Assembly: GCA_900551455.1 (NCBI GenBank) | Contig: URVV01000004.1 | Span: forward strand, 18,165 to 82,164 | From: an uncultured Mycoplasmatota bacterium | GTDB lineage: Bacteria; Bacillota_I; Bacilli_A; RF39; UBA660 | DNA: 64,000 nt | Direction: 5' to 3' | In this document: in pieces, positions 8,220 through 17,634 of the stretch | Numbering within the stretch: position 1 is the first letter of the stretch | Layout of the letters: the number at the start of each line of letters is the position of its first letter | The notes under the pieces: generated by a model | Seen by the model: only the letters and a program-made list of their open reading frames with translations | Told to the model about the DNA's origin: nothing | Database searches by the model: none | Position numbers and translations under genes: made by a program

Positions 8220-10142
8220 TTAATTTTCTTTTTTATTAAACATATGGCGTACTTTATCTATTCGATTATTTGGTCTGCGTGATTGAATAACTGGTTCACA
8301 AGTAGCAATTTGATAATCTTTTAATTCTGTCAAAAAAACTGCTTGCCCATTTGTATATAGAGTTAAAGTATTACGATATTCATTAATACAACGTGCAGGA
8401 ATATGTCCTGTAAAAATAACTTCATCATTTTTTGATTGACTTGTTTCAATTATTGCACAATGTTTTTGTGCATCATTATATGCACGAGAAAAGTATTCCT
8501 GTGGTGTAAAAAGTATAAACGAACAATATGGCTCTAATAATTGCGTTCCCGCTTTTTTCAATGTTTGTTCAAGTACAATTGGGGCAAGAAAGCGAAAATC
8601 CGAGGGAGTACTAACAGGGCTATAATAAACACCATATTCAAAACATATTTTACAATCTGTTACTTCCCAACCATACAAACCTTGCTCCAGTCCATAATTA
8701 ATACCTTCTCTTACTGCATTTTGGAAACTTTGATTTAAATAACCGAGTGAAACTTTGCTTTCGTACTGTATTCCACTGCCAATTGGAAGTGGAGTTATTG
8801 ATAATCCAATCGATGCCCAAAATGGATTTGGTGGTACTTCAATATGAATAGTATAATCTGCCTTTTGTAATGGTTTTTCCAAATAAATTACGGTTGGATC
8901 TTCGATTCTTATGTTTATGTGATATTTTTCAATCAACAGAGAACAGATAACTTCTAACTGCACTGTTCCTAAAAAAGAAATGATGATTTCATGTGTTATC
9001 GTATCAACATAATAACGTAAAAGAGGATCAGTATCTGCAATTTCTGTAAGAGCATCCAATAATTTTTCTCTCTCTTCTATTTTTATCGGTTCAATTCTTG
9101 TTCGTAGTATTGGTACAGTCTTGTCATTCCATACATTGCATGGCAAAAGCTTTTCATTTCCTATAATATCGTTCAATCTTAATGTATTGTTAGGTATAAT
9201 AAAAATATCTCCAGAACAAACTGTTTTTGTCTGTATCATTTCTCCATTTGAAGGAATATATATTTCTGTAAGTTTCACTTTCTTTTTTTCTGGCAATATA
9301 ATTGTATCTCGTAAGTGTAATGTTCCACTGTAAAGACGCAAATAAACTAATCTTTGCTTATGGTCTGTATATTCAATTTTAAAAACCCTTCCACATAGTT
9401 CTGAATCATTCTCATTCATTTCAGGACAAAAAAGATTTGAAATAGCTTCGATGAGTTGTTGAGTCCCTATATTATTTCTAGCACTTCCATGGTATATAGG
9501 AAACAACGAACCTTTTTTAACACACCTATATTCTTCATACGTTAATTCTTGTATAGTCAATTTTTCTCCTGCAATATATTTTTCTAAAAGTTTATCATTT
9601 TTGGAAATTACAGGATCCCAATCATCTAAATCAATAATATTTTTAATTGATATTTCTGGAGTTAATGTTACATTTTGCATAACAATAATATCATTTGAAA
9701 GTTTTTCTTTGATATTTTGATAAATATTATTTAAGTTAATTCCATCCTGATCTATTTTATTTATAAAAATAATTGTTGGTATATTCATTTTTTGAAGTGC
9801 ATGGAATAGTATTCTGGTTTGTGCTTGTACACCATCTTTAGCAGAAATTACTAAAATAGCTCCATCAAGAACAGATAAGGAACGATACACTTCTGTTATA
9901 AAATCTGCATGTCCAGGAGTATCTACAATATTGATTTTGTAGTCATTCCAATTAAAAGAAGTAACTGCTGCCTGAATTGTGATTCCACGCTGACGTTCTA
10001 AAAACATAGTATCTGTCCTTGTTGTTCCCTTATCTACACTGCCTAATTCTAAAATCGCTCCACTTGTATAAAGCAGACTTTCCGTTAAAGTTGTCTTTCC
10101 TGCATCTACATGAGCAAGAATACCAATGTTGATTATTTTCAT
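8220..10142 (-). CDS. tetracycline-resistance ribosomal protection protein, Tet(M)/Tet(O)/Tet(44) family (640 aa; a Tet(44)-like allele is suspected from memory only)
   Basis: [30 protein letters not shown]...[17 protein letters not shown]...DTPGHADF...INKIDQ is the EF-G-like GTPase with the characteristic RPP N-terminus. SD GGGAGGGA. Confidence 0.93.
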   Translation of the reverse strand: MKIINIGILAHVDAGKTTLTESLLYTSGAILELGSVDKGTTRTDTMFLERQRGITIQAAVTSFNWNDYKINIVDTPGHADFITEVYRSLSVLDGAILVISAKDGVQAQTRILFHALQKMNIPTIIFINKIDQDGINLNNIYQNIKEKLSNDIIVMQNVTLTPEISIKNIIDLDDWDPVISKNDKLLEKYIAGEKLTIQELTYEEYRCVKKGSLFPIYHGSARNNIGTQQLIEAISNLFCPEMNENDSELCGRVFKIEYTDHKQRLVYLRLYSGTLHLRDTIILPEKKKVKLTEIYIPSNGEMIQTKTVCSGDIFIIPNNTLRLNDIIGNEKLLPCNVWNDKTVPILRTRIEPIKIEEREKLLDALTEIADTDPLLRYYVDTITHEIIISFLGTVQLEVICSLLIEKYHINIRIEDPTVIYLEKPLQKADYTIHIEVPPNPFWASIGLSITPLPIGSGIQYESKVSLGYLNQSFQNAVREGINYGLEQGLYGWEVTDCKICFEYGVYYSPVSTPSDFRFLAPIVLEQTLKKAGTQLLEPYCSFILFTPQEYFSRAYNDAQKHCAIIETSQSKNDEVIFTGHIPARCINEYRNTLTLYTNGQAVFLTELKDYQIATCEPVIQSRRPNNRIDKVRHMFNKKEN

Positions 10143-10191
10143 TGAATTTCCCTCCCTACAAATTTATCTTTTAACTTAAAATCAATATTTG

Positions 10192-10719
10192 CTAATTTTG
10201 TTCTTTTAAACTATTCTCAAAATCAATTATCCACTTTTCTAATGTTTCTACTAATGCTAATTGTTGTTTGAACATTTGTTTTCCAACATTAGGAATATGT
10301 TGTCTATGAGATTGTCTTTCATTTAGTAATTCTTTTAATTCTAATATCTTTGATTTTATATTAGAAACAAGAATCTTTTTTTGTTCATCATCTACTAAAT
10401 CTAAATTCGTAATAATAATATTAAAATCCAAATATAGACTAACATCATAATTTGAAATATCATTCATAAGTCTATTAAAATAATCATTACCTTTGTCAGT
10501 AATAGTATATACTGCTTTATCTGGCATATTTCCCTCTTTCTCTTTATGGCAAACAATATATTCTTTTGATTCTAATTGTAATACTTTCTTATAAATAGAC
10601 TGTTCACTAATTCTTACCCATCTTGGTATATTACGATATTCTATATTTTTTTTAATATCATAAGCACTTTGTGATTTTTGTTTAATAAGTCCTAATAATA
10701 CCAAATCTATATTTGACAT
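10192..10719 (-). CDS. PadR-family transcriptional regulator
   Basis: 175 aa. LVLLGLIKQKSQSAYDIKKNIEYRNIPRWVRISEQSIYKKVLQLESKEYI. Lies 49 nt upstream of tet. Confidence 0.75.
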   Translation of the reverse strand: MSNIDLVLLGLIKQKSQSAYDIKKNIEYRNIPRWVRISEQSIYKKVLQLESKEYIVCHKEKEGNMPDKAVYTITDKGNDYFNRLMNDISNYDVSLYLDFNIIITNLDLVDDEQKKILVSNIKSKILELKELLNERQSHRQHIPNVGKQMFKQQLALVETLEKWIIDFENSLKEQN

Positions 10720-10731
10720 AATCTCTACTCC

Positions 10732-11082
10732 TTACTTAATATAATCTGTAACGCCAAGTCTATTTCCAAATGGATCTTCAAACTCGACTGCATTACCCGT
10801 TCCAATTTTAAAAGGCTCACTCAAAAATTTTATACCATTATTCAACATTTCTTTATAGAAGATTGCAACATCTTCTACTTCAAACCATATTGTAGGCTTT
10901 AAATTCTCAAATTTATTTTTGTCTTTTAAAATTATTGCAGGTTCTTCATTTCCAATATTATAAGCAACCATTCCCTTATCAGAGAAATCAAATTTCTTTT
11001 TTAACCCCAATATTTCCTCATAATATCTTTTTGCTTCTTCCATATTATCTACTGGAAGAAAATAGTTGTCATAATTTTTCAT
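10732..11082 (-). CDS. VOC/glyoxalase-bleomycin-resistance family protein
   Basis: FLPVDNMEEAKRYYEEILGLKKKFD...FEDPFGNRLGV. The track start is a GTG at 11091; the ATG at 11082 is also possible. Confidence 0.7.
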   Translation of the reverse strand: MKNYDNYFLPVDNMEEAKRYYEEILGLKKKFDFSDKGMVAYNIGNEEPAIILKDKNKFENLKPTIWFEVEDVAIFYKEMLNNGIKFLSEPFKIGTGNAVEFEDPFGNRLGVTDYIK

Positions 11083-11232
11083 ATACTCCACATCTCCTTT
11101 TTTGCTATAAGCTACACTACTATATTTTATAGTAGTTACCGTTAAAAGTCAATATATAACAAAAAAGACTGTCATTACTGACAATCTTTTCGGTAAATTA
11201 CTATAAATCAATAACTATAAAATTGTAATTTA

Positions 11233-11913
11233 TTAATTCTTGCAATCCCCTTCTGTATATTCCATAGAATAATCGCCAATTAATATATTTTTATCATTTT
11301 TAGTGGTATGGCATACTATCATAGTGATATCTTTATTTTTAGATTTGTAAATTTTTGTTCCTCCATCTCTCAATGTGACTGTTAACTCTAATTTATCAGT
11401 AATATTTTTTATGCCATCATCAAGTGTTTGATAAGCAGTTGAAAGATAAGTTTTCAAAGTAATATCTTTATCTTTATCTTTAATATAAAACTCTCCAATA
11501 TTACCAGCTAAATAAATTGTGCGATTTTCAACAGTACAATAATCATTAAATCTAATATCATTATGATTTTCAGGCTTTGTTATATAAAAATCAAAATCGT
11601 TAATCTCAATATTTGTTGTTCCTACTTGTGCTGGATAGCTTTCATTAATCATACCTTTATAAGTAATAGTTACCTTATCCCCAATTTTACAAGAATTAAA
11701 ACCATCAACATATTCAATTCTAAATTTATCGCTAGACTTATATTCTTCTTCATTTTCATTTGGGCGAACAATCATAGTTTTTTCTTCGCACTCTGTTATA
11801 GTTCCTGCAAAGGTATGAATATCATCTAAATTATTTTGTTTTGACTTTCTACAACCAGTCATTCCTAATACCATAACCCCACACACTAAAATAGCAAATA
11901 ATGTTTTTTTCAT
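11233..11913 (-). CDS. lipoprotein of unknown function
   Basis: Signal peptide with lipobox LGMTGC. GGAGGAG SD. Confidence 0.6.
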   Translation of the reverse strand: MKKTLFAILVCGVMVLGMTGCRKSKQNNLDDIHTFAGTITECEEKTMIVRPNENEEEYKSSDKFRIEYVDGFNSCKIGDKVTITYKGMINESYPAQVGTTNIEINDFDFYITKPENHNDIRFNDYCTVENRTIYLAGNIGEFYIKDKDKDITLKTYLSTAYQTLDDGIKNITDKLELTVTLRDGGTKIYKSKNKDITMIVCHTTKNDKNILIGDYSMEYTEGDCKN

Positions 11914-12047
11914 AATCTCTCCTCCATTTCAACAAATTACTATTTATCTGTCTGTTTAATTATATCATACTTTTTACATATTTTTTTATTAATATACTAA
12001 TCATAAGATTACTATTTTACTAACATTTTATTTTATATAATATATCA

Positions 12048-12335
12048 TTATATATCAGAATATAATTTCTCAATTAAATCATATTCTTCTCCTAATTGAG
12101 CATATAATTCAGATATTTTATTTTCATATTCTTCTTTCTTATTGTTATATTCAATAAGTTTCTTTTTTTGAAAGAAGAAAGGTTTATTATCTTCTAAGTG
12201 GTCAATTAATGTTTGATAAGACTTTATTCTATTATCTATCATTCTTATATTTATATTTGAATCTTCAATAGCATATCTAATATTTAGTTTTAATAATGAT
12301 TTAAATAACTCATTATCATCATTTTTTTTAGTCAT
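12048..12335 (-). CDS. hypothetical coiled-coil protein
   Basis: 95 aa. GGAGGTG SD. No motif. Confidence 0.4.
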   Translation of the reverse strand: MTKKNDDNELFKSLLKLNIRYAIEDSNINIRMIDNRIKSYQTLIDHLEDNKPFFFQKKKLIEYNNKKEEYENKISELYAQLGEEYDLIEKLYSDI

Positions 12336-12453
12336 AATGCACCTCCAATACTTAAATATTTATTACAATTTAATTATATCACTTTTTTAACGAATAATCT
12401 TCGGTTTTGTAGTTAAAACTAATTTTAATGGGACAATAGTATCGGTGATAGTT

Positions 12454-12903
12454 ATGTTTGATAATAATTTACGATATGCTAGAGAAGAATTAGAAATGAC
12501 ACAATCTGAACTGGGTTATATATTTGGTGTATCTGATTCAGCAGTTAGATCATGGGAAACTGCTCACGATTCAATACCTTTACCTAAACTAATTAAATTT
12601 TGTGATATGTATGATTTCTCATTAGATTTTATATGTGGTTTAATTAGAAAGAATATTACTTATGGTCATTTTAAAACTGACAAAGTTAAAATTAGTAAAA
12701 AATTAAAAGAGTTAAGAAAAAGTTTAAATCTATCTCAACAAAAATTATCTGATGATTGCAAAATATCTCAAACAACATATAGTGGTTATGAAACAGGTCA
12801 TTATCTAATTAATACAACTAATCTTTATTATATTTGTAAAACTTATAATGTTTCTATGGATTGGATTGTTGGAAGAACTAATAATCAAAAAATAGGCAAA
12901 TAA
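12454..12903 (+). CDS. transcriptional regulator with two tandem XRE-type HTH domains
   Basis: LRYAREELEMTQSELGYIFGVSDSAVRSWE and LKELRKSLNLSQQKLSDDCKISQTTYSGYE. ATG at 12454 follows GGTGA (the track uses GTG at 12445). Confidence 0.7.
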   Translation: MFDNNLRYAREELEMTQSELGYIFGVSDSAVRSWETAHDSIPLPKLIKFCDMYDFSLDFICGLIRKNITYGHFKTDKVKISKKLKELRKSLNLSQQKLSDDCKISQTTYSGYETGHYLINTTNLYYICKTYNVSMDWIVGRTNNQKIGK

Positions 12904-12907
12904 AAAA

Positions 12908-12948
12908 AGCGAGAGTATGCTAAAAAAAATAACATATTCTCGCTTTTA
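12908..12948. terminator. bidirectional stem-loop between convergent genes
   Basis: GCGAGAgTATG...CATAtTCTCGC flanked by an A-run and a T-run. Confidence 0.45.
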
Positions 12949-13341
12949 TAATACATTTAGTGAATAACAATAATCATATACATTTAATTGTTCATTGATT
13001 TTGGTATTTATTTCTTCATTATTAAAGTCATATTGAAAGATATTAAACAGCATTTCTAATGAAAACTTTCGCTTTTCTAATAATGATAGCTCCATATACT
13101 TTGCTGAAATAAATAATAGGTTCTTATATTTAGCAAAGTTAGTTATTACATTTTTAGATTCAGGATCTAGTATTAATAATACATTTTTTAGAAGTTTAAT
13201 GAAGTTATTAATATCATAAATAGGTGTAAACCCTATATCTTCAAGTAGGTGTATTGCTAATCTAACCTTATCAATTCCTTTTAAATCATCAAACATATTA
13301 ACTAAATCAATAACTTTCTCGGTATTATCATCTAATAACAT
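12946..13341 (-). CDS. hypothetical protein downstream of the relaxase gene
   Basis: 131 aa. AAAGGAGA SD. No motif. Confidence 0.4.
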   Translation of the reverse strand: MLLDDNTEKVIDLVNMFDDLKGIDKVRLAIHLLEDIGFTPIYDINNFIKLLKNVLLILDPESKNVITNFAKYKNLLFISAKYMELSLLEKRKFSLEMLFNIFQYDFNNEEINTKINEQLNVYDYCYSLNVL

Positions 13342-13513
13342 AAATATTCTCCTTTCAAATACGCCATTTAAGGCACTTTATTTAAAGAACAGATAAGAGA
13401 TTAAACCTTAACTTAAAACTCAACTATAAGCATTTAAATAGGGTATAATTTCAAATTTCTGTTTTTCTATTTATCACTCTAACAATCAAAAAAATCAAGA
13501 GTATTTTTTAAAT

Positions 13514-14806
13514 TTATCTACTTAAATCAAAATCATCTTTATCGTATTCTTCTTCATCATAATCTCTAACTCTTTCTTTATAATAATCTGGTGCTTCAAC
13601 ATAATCAAATAATTCATCTTGTTTAGTTGTTCCTTTAGATATTCTTACAACATCTCCCATATCAAACTCACTATTATCATAACAATCTTTAACAACATCA
13701 GCAGTTTCATCTTTAGTATAATCATTACCTCGTTGTAATAATTTTCTTAAAAATTTCTTTAATAGTTGAAATAGTTCACTTAATCTATAAATTAAACTTC
13801 TATTTTCTTGTTCTAGGTTTTGATTTTCATATTCTAGTTTACTTATTTCTTTCCTATATTTTTGATTTTCTTTTTCTAGTGATTTATAACTATTAGCATA
13901 ACTATCAACTTTATTAAATATTGTTTGTAGTTTAGGTTGCAATTCCATTACTTTTTTAGATTCATTAATAACATTATTCATACTATCAAAAGTTTCTTTT
14001 TCTAAAATAACATGTTTATTATCAAAAGGAATCTTTTTATTTGTTTTCATTTGTTCTTCAAACTCACTCATCGCTTTATCTAATCTATCACTTTTAGCAT
14101 TTAATTCGTGATTTAATTTTTTAGTAAGTTGTTTATATTCTTTTATTTTAATGTGTTTATTATCACTACCTTTAATACCTCGTTCTAGATCATAACCTTT
14201 TTCAGTTAGACTTTTATGATACATATCTTGTAATTGTGATAGGTGTATTTTATCTCTAATATATTGTTTTTTAGATATGGTATATCTTTCAGTATTAGTT
14301 CTCTTATCCAATTTCTTAACAAGTGGAACAACAACACAATGAACATGAGGTGTTAATTCATCTAAATGGACAGTTGCATGTAAAATTTGTTCTTTTTTAT
14401 AACCTAAATCTTTATAAACAAATTCCATACAAGTATCTGCCCATTCTTTTATTTGCTCTCTAGACATACCATCAAAGAAAGTATGAGTAGCAGTAAAAAT
14501 TAATTCATCAGCAACACAATTTTTGGAACTATTTAACATTTCATGGTATCTTTTCTTTCTATCAGCTCGTTCAGTTTTCATTCTTTCTTCGTGTTCTTTT
14601 TTATATTCTTTTGTTAGTTTATCAAAACCTTTAGTATATTTCATATCTAGTGGAACAAGTTCTATATTATTTTTACTTAATTCTATTTTAATATCTTTAT
14701 TTGATTGATAAGCTTTCTTTTCTCGCTTATTATGTGATCCTATTTGGGCTAAATCAGGTATAGTCATAATAGGTTCACTTCTAAATATTGCATAATTTAA
14801 TTCCAT
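13514..14806 (-). CDS. MobV-family (Mob/Pre, plasmid recombination enzyme) relaxase
   Basis: N-terminal GSHNKRE (HxxR) and HLDELTPHVHCVVVPL (HxDExxPHxH), followed by a long coiled-coil C-terminus. Confidence 0.88.
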   Translation of the reverse strand: MELNYAIFRSEPIMTIPDLAQIGSHNKREKKAYQSNKDIKIELSKNNIELVPLDMKYTKGFDKLTKEYKKEHEERMKTERADRKKRYHEMLNSSKNCVADELIFTATHTFFDGMSREQIKEWADTCMEFVYKDLGYKKEQILHATVHLDELTPHVHCVVVPLVKKLDKRTNTERYTISKKQYIRDKIHLSQLQDMYHKSLTEKGYDLERGIKGSDNKHIKIKEYKQLTKKLNHELNAKSDRLDKAMSEFEEQMKTNKKIPFDNKHVILEKETFDSMNNVINESKKVMELQPKLQTIFNKVDSYANSYKSLEKENQKYRKEISKLEYENQNLEQENRSLIYRLSELFQLLKKFLRKLLQRGNDYTKDETADVVKDCYDNSEFDMGDVVRISKGTTKQDELFDYVEAPDYYKERVRDYDEEEYDKDDFDLSR

Positions 14807-14871
14807 ATATCATTTCTCCTTTCTTTTTAAACAACAAAAAAGATATGTCGTTAAACATACCTTTAATTACA

Positions 14872-15855
14872 TTAATCATCATATCTCTTGTTATAATGAC
14901 AATAATTTCTTATCTTACATTTCTCGCAGTTAGGGTGTTCTCCACAAATGTTAGCAGATCTTAATAAACAAAATTGTTGGATTATTGATTCTACGATTAT
15001 CTCATCACAGTTATTTAATTCAGCAATCTTTTTTATAATATTTAATACTTGTTGTTCAGTAGCATTAGCATTTTCAACAATTCCTAGTCTATGACTACCA
15101 AATAATCTTTCTAATTGAGAACTCTTTTTGCAAGTATTAACTCCAACTCTTTTTAAATAATCATAAGCAAAAGCTCGTCCAACTTGTATTAATTTATATT
15201 TACCACTGTTAAACATATTTGCTATGTCATTAGGTTTTTCTTTACTTACAAACTTATCTAAACTTCCATAATCTTTTTCTATTTGTTCTAATACCATTAT
15301 ATTTTTAGATAATGCTTTCATTTGATAACTAATCATTGGGTTAGTGCAATGAATCTTCCTTAACTTATTAACTAAAACACTTGGTTCAACAACTTTTAAA
15401 TAATTCTTATTATAATTATGAAATATTTCATCAATAGCATCCATATTTTCCCTAATATTATTATCTCCCCATCTATGATTAGAAAGTAGAGCAATTATTA
15501 ATGCCTTTAAATGTTCTTCAAAAGAATATTTTTTACCTTTCTTTCTTGATTTAACATTATTAACTAAATCTTTAATATCTCTCATATAATCGTAATTGAT
15601 TTTTTCCATACTTTCTTTTATAAGAGGGTATATATCTTTTAAATCATTATCATCTAATAAAGTAATATTTTTAACCATTTCATAGTTAGGATTATATATT
15701 TCTTCCTTATCAATACAATTCTTTAATACATCTATAACTTCTGCATTAGATAAATACTTTACTTTCTCAATAGGAAATACAACTTTATTTACCTTAACAT
15801 ATTTTATCAGCAAAGGAATTAATTCACTATTTTTAAAAATTTCCTTATTTTCCAT
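14872..15855 (-). CDS. endonuclease III-like HhH-GPD superfamily protein with a C-terminal Fe-S cluster loop
   Basis: The C-terminus CGEHPNCEKCKIRNYC (C-x5-C-x2-C-x5-C) is close to the EndoIII/MutY cluster loop. LIQVGRAFAYDYLKRVGV is hairpin-helix-like. There is an extra N-terminal domain of about 110 aa. ATG at 15855 preferred over the track GTG at 15870. Confidence 0.55.
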   Translation of the reverse strand: MENKEIFKNSELIPLLIKYVKVNKVVFPIEKVKYLSNAEVIDVLKNCIDKEEIYNPNYEMVKNITLLDDNDLKDIYPLIKESMEKINYDYMRDIKDLVNNVKSRKKGKKYSFEEHLKALIIALLSNHRWGDNNIRENMDAIDEIFHNYNKNYLKVVEPSVLVNKLRKIHCTNPMISYQMKALSKNIMVLEQIEKDYGSLDKFVSKEKPNDIANMFNSGKYKLIQVGRAFAYDYLKRVGVNTCKKSSQLERLFGSHRLGIVENANATEQQVLNIIKKIAELNNCDEIIVESIIQQFCLLRSANICGEHPNCEKCKIRNYCHYNKRYDD

Positions 15856-15977
15856 AAAAAAATATCTCACTTTCTAAATTTTAGCCTTTAACTAATAAAG
15901 TGAAATATTGCCTTTTATCCTTATTTTATAAGGTATTTCTTTATTTTTATATTTGGGTATCACTTATTCAACAACAA

Positions 15978-16340
15978 CCAAGGAGTCATTACATATCTAG
16001 GACCATTCTCATCATCCACTCCCTTAGCATCATTAATAACATACCCAACACAATCAATCATTTTAATATTTGCTGAGAATTCATCTACCATAATTTTAGC
16101 CGCATTTGCTGGCACAAATTTTGGTTCTGTTGTCATAATCATTTTTCCACTAGCAGCTTGTGGTAACTCATCTAAAGTTCTTTTCTTTTCAAATTCATCC
16201 TGAATATTCGGAATAACCATATTTTCCATAAATCTACGTATAAATGTAGATTTACCAGTTCTAACTGCTCCAACAACTCCTAAATAAATATCTCCCCCCG
16301 TACGTTTAGCAATATTTTTAATAACCTCTATTTTTTCCAT
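15978..16340 (-). pseudogene. spoIVA: spoIVA N-terminal segment (Walker A ATPase part), cut off by element A
   Basis: MEKIEVIKNIAKRTGGDIYLGVVGAVRTGKSTFIRRFMENMVIPNI...MTTEPKFVPANA...DCVGYVINDAKGVDDENGPRYVMTPW, then foreign LLLNK*. B. subtilis has MEKVDIFKDIAERTGGDIYLGVVGAVRTGKSTFIKKFME... SD AGAGGGAG lies before the ATG at 16340. Confidence 0.9.
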
Positions 16341-16432
16341 AAATCTCCCTCTTTTCATTAAATATTATGTCAATATTATAAAGATATTCAAAAAAGAGAA
16401 AAAAAGATGAACAAAATTCATCTTTAAAATAC

Positions 16433-17515
16433 CTACTTCTGATACTTTGTAATATCATCAACTTTAACTGCAAAATAAGGCTTATCCTTATTGCTTTCCT
16501 TCAAAAATAACACAAAACTATCATCCACTAAAAAATACCTTGGATCAGGATGAATAATAGAAGTCGTTTTAGTATCCATTGCCGCCTCACTCTTAACCTT
16601 TCCCCCTGTTTCATTAATAGAAAAACTAATTGTTTGAATAGCCTTTTCTATATTAACTTTTTTTCCATCCGCAGTAATAAAACTATTATTTTCTAATTCC
16701 ACATACTCTCTTTTAACATTAAAATCTATCATTGGAGCCTTAAATTTATCATCCTTTGTAAATTCCTTACTATCAGTATATTTACTACTTAAAGTAACAA
16801 TCCTCTCATACATCTCATTAAAGGTCTTCCCTGTAGGATTCTTATAAAAGATAACTTCGTCATTATTCTTTGTTAATAACTTAATAGCAAATTCATCCGT
16901 TGAATTATAAAATAATACTTCTATTTGTTTTCTTACATCACTATTTGTATTCTCACTAGTTCCAAAATACCTAACATTATCATAATTTCCAAATTTTCCA
17001 TTCTTTAATATACTAAATCTACTTTTATATTCAAATTCTCTATACAACATAGTATAAAAGAAATATCTTCTCTCATTTAAATTATCTTCATTATCTAATC
17101 CATTATCACTCCAATCAAAATCATCCAGAATATCACTTGTTTGATTAAACTTCTCTTTAATTCCCTTCTTAATATCTTCTAATAACTTTTTATTTTTAAT
17201 TCCATATATCTTAAAATAATACTCATCAGATAACATATCTTCCCTAAAATCTTCTTTATTTAAATTTCTAACCATTTCAATTTGGGGATTAAATATTATA
17301 TCTTGTTTAACAATTTCATTTTTCAAATCATTCCATACTAACTGAAAAGTAGCACACCAACTACTATCATTACTTATTAAATCATTCATCGTTGGTACTA
17401 CAGTAACTCCCTCAGTAACAGCAATTCTCTTTTTATTATTTTTTAACATCCAAAAAAATCCTCCTCCTATCACTACTATTCCTAACATTCCTAAAATAAT
17501 CAACTTTTTTTTCAT
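16433..17515 (-). CDS. membrane-anchored serpin-like protein
   Basis: N-terminal TM helix. C-terminal INETGGKVKSEAAMDT...YFLVDDSFVLFLKE resembles the serpin hinge/RCL and the F-x-x-D-x-x-F-x-F signature. Recognised by pattern only. Confidence 0.45.
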   Translation of the reverse strand: MKKKLIILGMLGIVVIGGGFFWMLKNNKKRIAVTEGVTVVPTMNDLISNDSSWCATFQLVWNDLKNEIVKQDIIFNPQIEMVRNLNKEDFREDMLSDEYYFKIYGIKNKKLLEDIKKGIKEKFNQTSDILDDFDWSDNGLDNEDNLNERRYFFYTMLYREFEYKSRFSILKNGKFGNYDNVRYFGTSENTNSDVRKQIEVLFYNSTDEFAIKLLTKNNDEVIFYKNPTGKTFNEMYERIVTLSSKYTDSKEFTKDDKFKAPMIDFNVKREYVELENNSFITADGKKVNIEKAIQTISFSINETGGKVKSEAAMDTKTTSIIHPDPRYFLVDDSFVLFLKESNKDKPYFAVKVDDITKYQK

Positions 17516-17634
17516 TAATCATTCTCCTTAAAAATTTAAATTTCAATTAAATTGTATCAAATAAGCTTAAAAAAGTCTAGTAATTCATTAAATATCATCA
17601 TAATTCTTGAGAAAAAGAATGATAACCTCATTCT

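Larger units (their letters stand above)
3341..15977. mobile_element. Integrative mobilizable element A (about 12.6 kb, Tn4451-like logic: LSR + MobV relaxase + resistance cargo) inserted in spoIVA
   Basis: Removing 3341-15977 joins ...ATGACTCCTTGG to TATAGTGAACCA and restores TPW|YSEPIPF. TGG is present at both junctions. The element termini carry inverted GGTATCAC motifs about 15 nt inside each junction (3356-3363 and 15955-15962). Confidence 0.85.
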
